A stretch of DNA of 64,000 bases from Prevotella sp. GTDB lineage: Bacteria; Bacteroidota; Bacteroidia; Bacteroidales; Dysgonomonadaceae. Made by a program: the position numbers and the translations under genes. The stretch covers positions 1-64,000 of the forward strand of contig JAITVV010000081.1 of the NCBI GenBank assembly GCA_031285625.1, read 5' to 3'. Shown here one piece after another: positions 59,968 through 64,000 of this stretch. How positions within the stretch are numbered: the stretch's first letter is position 1; the number at the start of each line of letters is the position of its first letter. A model generated the notes under the pieces. The model had not been told where the DNA came from and searched no databases. It saw only the letters and a program-made list of their open reading frames with translations.

Positions 59968-61137
59968 TTATTGGATTATCTGTTTTATAGCCCCCAATTC
60001 AGGATAGAAAATAACCTTTATTGGCAGCTTATTATTGTCAAACATCTTGGTTACCAGCACATCCTGAATACCATATTGAGCTACATCACATTCTTTTTTA
60101 ACAACGTCTTTTCCATTGAATGTTATTTGCAGAGCCGCCTTGTTAGGGATATTATAAATTATACCTGCCGAAAATTTCTTCTCCATGTCTTTTTCCTCTT
60201 TCGGCGTAAGTATCTGTTGTGGCCTTGGATCTTTATTCTTCAACGACAGGTATACAGGGGCTCCTGCCAAATCATTTGCATCTACAACACCTAACTTGGA
60301 AGAGAAACGGAAGATAATTCTGTTATTTATGTCTTTCTCATCGGGAATCACAGTAAATGTTTTAGATCCTGTTTCGGTAGTTTCGGTTCCTGTAAACATG
60401 GAGGTAAGTGCTTTTTCCTGTTCATCAAGTTGCGACATCACCAGTTTATAAGCATTACCATCAGGAGGCATGTTATCAGCTTCACCTGTTAGAATGTTTG
60501 TACGGCTTTCGCGCAAACGATATATCTGTTTGGCTATTAGTTCGGCTTGCTTAGCAGTGGAACCTGCTCTCAGGATTTCTTCCGACAAGAAACTCCGTGG
60601 GTTCGGTCCGGCAGCAGGAGTTATCACACTTGCCGGTATTTCTTCTTTCGGAAATGTATAATCATCGTTGATAGCACAAATCAGCCCGTCCTTAGATAAG
60701 GTTACATAAGGGGCTGTTGTATTTGTACGAAATTCTACCAAATATGATTTATCTTTATCTACAACTCCTTTTGTTGTTGCATCTATGGTTTCCAATGTAT
60801 AAGTAACAGTATTTTCAGTTATCGGATTTGTTATACTTAAATAGCGCTCTGCATATTGATAAAATTCACCTGTTTTACGGGTTGTTTTTGTGTACTGAGC
60901 AGTTATCTCAATAGATGTTTTCGGTAAAGAGTAAGCTACACCATAGTCATTTGCTTTTACCGCACTCATCTTAACGGTGTTTTGTGCCGATACCACTGAA
61001 CTGATAGTAAGAAAGGCCAACAAACAGCCAAAAGCATTCAATGGTATGTTTTTCAAATACATCGATTTGTACTTCATAAGTTTTTTCATTTTTAAGTAAC
61101 AGTAAGTATTTAATGATATATTTCCGAATCGTAACAA
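59968..61137 (-). CDS. DUF4831-like exported protein (true start probably at a downstream Met)
   Basis: YSLPKT, G-x-F-x2-YAERYL, AGSTAKQAE, FRFS, QYG motifs. Confidence 0.75.
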   Translation of the reverse strand: MLRFGNISLNTYCYLKMKKLMKYKSMYLKNIPLNAFGCLLAFLTISSVVSAQNTVKMSAVKANDYGVAYSLPKTSIEITAQYTKTTRKTGEFYQYAERYLSITNPITENTVTYTLETIDATTKGVVDKDKSYLVEFRTNTTAPYVTLSKDGLICAINDDYTFPKEEIPASVITPAAGPNPRSFLSEEILRAGSTAKQAELIAKQIYRLRESRTNILTGEADNMPPDGNAYKLVMSQLDEQEKALTSMFTGTETTETGSKTFTVIPDEKDINNRIIFRFSSKLGVVDANDLAGAPVYLSLKNKDPRPQQILTPKEEKDMEKKFSAGIIYNIPNKAALQITFNGKDVVKKECDVAQYGIQDVLVTKMFDNNKLPIKVIFYPELGAIKQIIQ

Positions 61138-61519
61138 TTATTACTGTTTTACAGACGAAAATAATAAACAGGCCTAAGACCTTATTATTCACAAAGCTAA
61201 TTATTTTTTGTGAAATTTCGATTTACTGTTTTTAAACCTTTAATTTTTCTTAGTTTTGTATCTGTACTTTGACATTTTTATTTCTACACAAAATAAAAAC
61301 ATATTATTATTGATATTATTTTCTCAAAATTCAAAATGTTGTAAAAAATAAATTTAATTATCTGTATATAAGCAGTTTTATGTGATAGCAAAGTAACAAA
61401 AAGTTACATCAAAAAATTGTATTAAAACTGTTACCTTTGTCACTTTTTAATGACATTTCACTGAAAAACAACACATTGTAAAATAAAGCGTTTCAAATTA
61501 CCAATTAAATAGTAAGAAT

Positions 61520-62656
61520 ATGAAAAACATCTTTAAGCTAGGAGTCCTATTTTCACTCATTCTGACGAGTTTCTTATCATGTGAAACGAAGCCAAAAGTA
61601 ACAAATAAGCCTTCCGGGCCTGTTATTATAGCATATGTTGGTGGCTATAGAGGCCTTGTGGATGCCAGTAAGATCTCTGCAAATAAAATAACTCATATAA
61701 ATTATGCTTTTGTCGATGTAAAGGACGGAAAAGCATTTCTCACCAATGAGGCTACAGATACCACCAACTTTAGAACACTAAATGCACTAAAAGAGCAGAA
61801 TCCTGATCTCAAAATTCTCATTTCAATAGGAGGGTGGACCTGGAGCCGTAATTTCTCCGATGCAGTTTTAACACCGGAAGGCCAAAAAACTTTTGCTAAA
61901 TCTGCTGTTGATATAATGAAGACCTATAATCTGGATGGAGTAGATATAGACTGGGAATATCCGGCTATGCCCGGAGACACCGGAAATGTATATCGTCCTG
62001 AAGATAAGCAAAACTATACATTGATGTTTCAGGCAATAAGGACAGAATTAGATGTTTTGGAAAAGGAAACGGATAAAAAATACCTGTTGACAACAGCTGT
62101 TGGAGGTTCTCAGAATTTTATCGATAATACTGAAATGGGAAAGGTTCAGGAGTATCTTGATTATATAAACATCATGACTTATGATTATCATCCTCACAAA
62201 CAAGCTGTACATCACACTAATCTGTTTGCATCAGACAAATATGAGCAAAAGCATGGGGCGGACATAGCAGTCAAGGCATATGTGGCAGCAGGTGTTCCTG
62301 TAGAAAAGCTTGTGATGGGAATTGCTTTTTATGGCCGTGCATTCAATCTTAAGAAAGGCGCCTCAAAAGGGCTTGGCGATCCTGTAGCAGACCAGGTACG
62401 TGGCGGTGGATATACTTATATAAAAGACAGCCTTGTTAACCAAAACGAATATTACAGATACTGGGATGATGTAGCTAAGGCTCCATATTTATTCAATTTT
62501 TATAAAGGGATTTTTGTAACCTACGATGATGAGGAATCCGTTAAAGAAAAATGCCGATACGTTCTGGATAATAAAATGGGCGGAGTAATGTTCTGGGAAT
62601 ATAGTTCTGACCCTAAAGAATACCTGTTGAATGAAATTAACAAAGCGCTGAAATAA
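61520..62656 (+). CDS. GH18 chitinase-like lipoprotein
   Basis: THINYAF, SIGGW, DGVDIDWEYP, MTYD, GGVMFWE; lipobox FLSC. Confidence 0.93.
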   Translation: MKNIFKLGVLFSLILTSFLSCETKPKVTNKPSGPVIIAYVGGYRGLVDASKISANKITHINYAFVDVKDGKAFLTNEATDTTNFRTLNALKEQNPDLKILISIGGWTWSRNFSDAVLTPEGQKTFAKSAVDIMKTYNLDGVDIDWEYPAMPGDTGNVYRPEDKQNYTLMFQAIRTELDVLEKETDKKYLLTTAVGGSQNFIDNTEMGKVQEYLDYINIMTYDYHPHKQAVHHTNLFASDKYEQKHGADIAVKAYVAAGVPVEKLVMGIAFYGRAFNLKKGASKGLGDPVADQVRGGGYTYIKDSLVNQNEYYRYWDDVAKAPYLFNFYKGIFVTYDDEESVKEKCRYVLDNKMGGVMFWEYSSDPKEYLLNEINKALK

Positions 62657-62784
62657 TAAAATTTAACAATATCAAATGTTGAGATTGATCTTCTGTTTGT
62701 ACTTTTGATAATAAAGTGCAAAACTAATATGATACAACAAGCCACTTTATTTTCGGATAATGTGGCTTGTATAATGAGTATAAA

Positions 62785-64000
62785 ATGAGAAAAAAAAGGA
62801 TACTTTGGGCAGATGATGAAATAGATATGTTGCGTTCACATATTCTCTTCCTGCAAGAAAAGGGATATGAGGTAACTCCCGTTAACAGTGGACAAGACGC
62901 TATTGACTGTATTCGGGAAGAAACCTTTGATATCGTTTTTCTTGACGAGAATATGCCTGGTCTGTCGGGGCTTGAAACACTTAGCCTAATCAAGGAGATC
63001 AATCCCAATATTCCTGTTATAATGATTACCAAGAGTGAGGATGAAGGCATTATGACACATGCTATAGGGAAAAAAATTGCAGATTATCTTATTAAACCGG
63101 TAAATCCGAACCAGATACTCCTTTCCATCAAGAAAAACCTGCATAAGGATGACATCGTCTCTGAAGTAACATTAGAAAGCTACAGGGAGGAATTTAGCAA
63201 AATCAGTACCCAAATAAACGAAACGTCGACTTATGCTGACTGGGTAGATATTTATAAGAAGCTTGTTTATTGGGAACTAGAGCTTACAGCATCAGACAGC
63301 CCATTAATCGATTTGCTTAAGGTGCAAAAAAATGAAGCCAATGATAGCTATTGTAAGTTTATAAAAAAGAACTACGAATCATGGTTTAGAAATGAAGCAA
63401 ACAAACCATTGATGAGTCCCGAACTTTTCTCCAAAAAGGTATTTCCATTATTAGACAATGATGAGAAGGTATTCTTTATACTTATCGATAACTTTCGTTT
63501 AGACCAGTGGTGGGACGTAAAAGACCTGCTGGCAAGCGATTTCTCAATTTCGGAGGATGAATATTTCAGTATATTACCCACTGCAACACAATATGCCCGC
63601 AATGCTATTTTTGCAGGATTGATGCCTTCCCAGATAGCCAAGCTATATCCTCATCTTTGGGTAGAAGAGGAAGAAGATGAAAGTAAAAATCTAAATGAAG
63701 AAGCATTACTGCAAACGCAAATAGATCGTTACAGGAAGAAATATACTTTTTCCTACAATAAACTATTATCCTCTTTTTCGGGTGAGAAGTTAGTTCAGAA
63801 TATGAATACATTGAACAATAAGCAGTTAAATGTAATTGTAATCAATTTTGTAGATATGCTGTCCCATGCGCGTACCGAGTCGAAAATGATACGGGAACTG
63901 GCTTCTGATGAAGCTGCATACCGGTCTCTAACCCGTTCGTGGTTCAAGCATTCCAGTACAATGGATATCCTCAGGAAGGCGAAGGATATGGGATATAAGA
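62785..64000 (+). CDS. porX: PorX-like response regulator (REC + PglZ domain), runs off window edge
   Basis: Manual translation MRKKRILWADDEID...FLDENMPGLSGLETL...MITKSEDE...IDNFRLDQW...LPTATQYARNAIFAG. Confidence 0.88.
   Translation, partial: MRKKRILWADDEIDMLRSHILFLQEKGYEVTPVNSGQDAIDCIREETFDIVFLDENMPGLSGLETLSLIKEINPNIPVIMITKSEDEGIMTHAIGKKIADYLIKPVNPNQILLSIKKNLHKDDIVSEVTLESYREEFSKISTQINETSTYADWVDIYKKLVYWELELTASDSPLIDLLKVQKNEANDSYCKFIKKNYESWFRNEANKPLMSPELFSKKVFPLLDNDEKVFFILIDNFRLDQWWDVKDLLASDFSISEDEYFSILPTATQYARNAIFAGLMPSQIAKLYPHLWVEEEEDESKNLNEEALLQTQIDRYRKKYTFSYNKLLSSFSGEKLVQNMNTLNNKQLNVIVINFVDMLSHARTESKMIRELASDEAAYRSLTRSWFKHSSTMDILRKAKDMGYK

Noticed and set aside
587-63811. Numerous 60-125-aa ORFs antisense to or nested within long genes
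   Set aside because: No motifs, and fully overlapped by well-supported genes.
45643-64000. HD phosphohydrolase, CYTH and PorX/PglZ as one nucleotide-signalling or BREX-like defence system
   Set aside because: They are far apart in separate housekeeping contexts; the PglZ domain is part of PorX and no brx genes are seen.

Overview
AT-rich chromosomal window from a Bacteroidales bacterium; gene content suggests Dysgonomonas or a relative (inference). Mostly core genes: miaA, rsfS, ftsH, cdsA, pyrC, purE, gcvH, rpoN, guaA, tag, trxA, waaA, gltX, a TamL/BamA-family gene and porX. It also holds a cobalamin-riboswitch operon (cbiL-btuFCD-like-cbiJ/cbiD) and an ECF-sigma/FecR/SusCD polysaccharide utilization locus with GH31 and GH123-like enzymes. 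The most unusual signal is invisible in the ORF track: three tandem, mutually related tRNA-like RNAs (13922-14218, minus strand) directly after a zinc-finger SDR oxidoreductase with a non-canonical active site. They keep D/T arms with compensatory changes and have acceptor stems extended to 8-11 bp. Their anticodon arms are Asp-like, Ser-anticodon without a long variable arm, or broken. Other notable items are a ThDP-enzyme + stand-alone MEKHLA cassette, two ~150-bp MITE-like elements carrying REP-like hairpins, a REP-like element inserted in frame in the btuF-like signal region, a recurring AGGTC-N3-GACCT motif near start codons, unannotated small proteins and two pseudogenes. All calls are by eye; no database searches were run.
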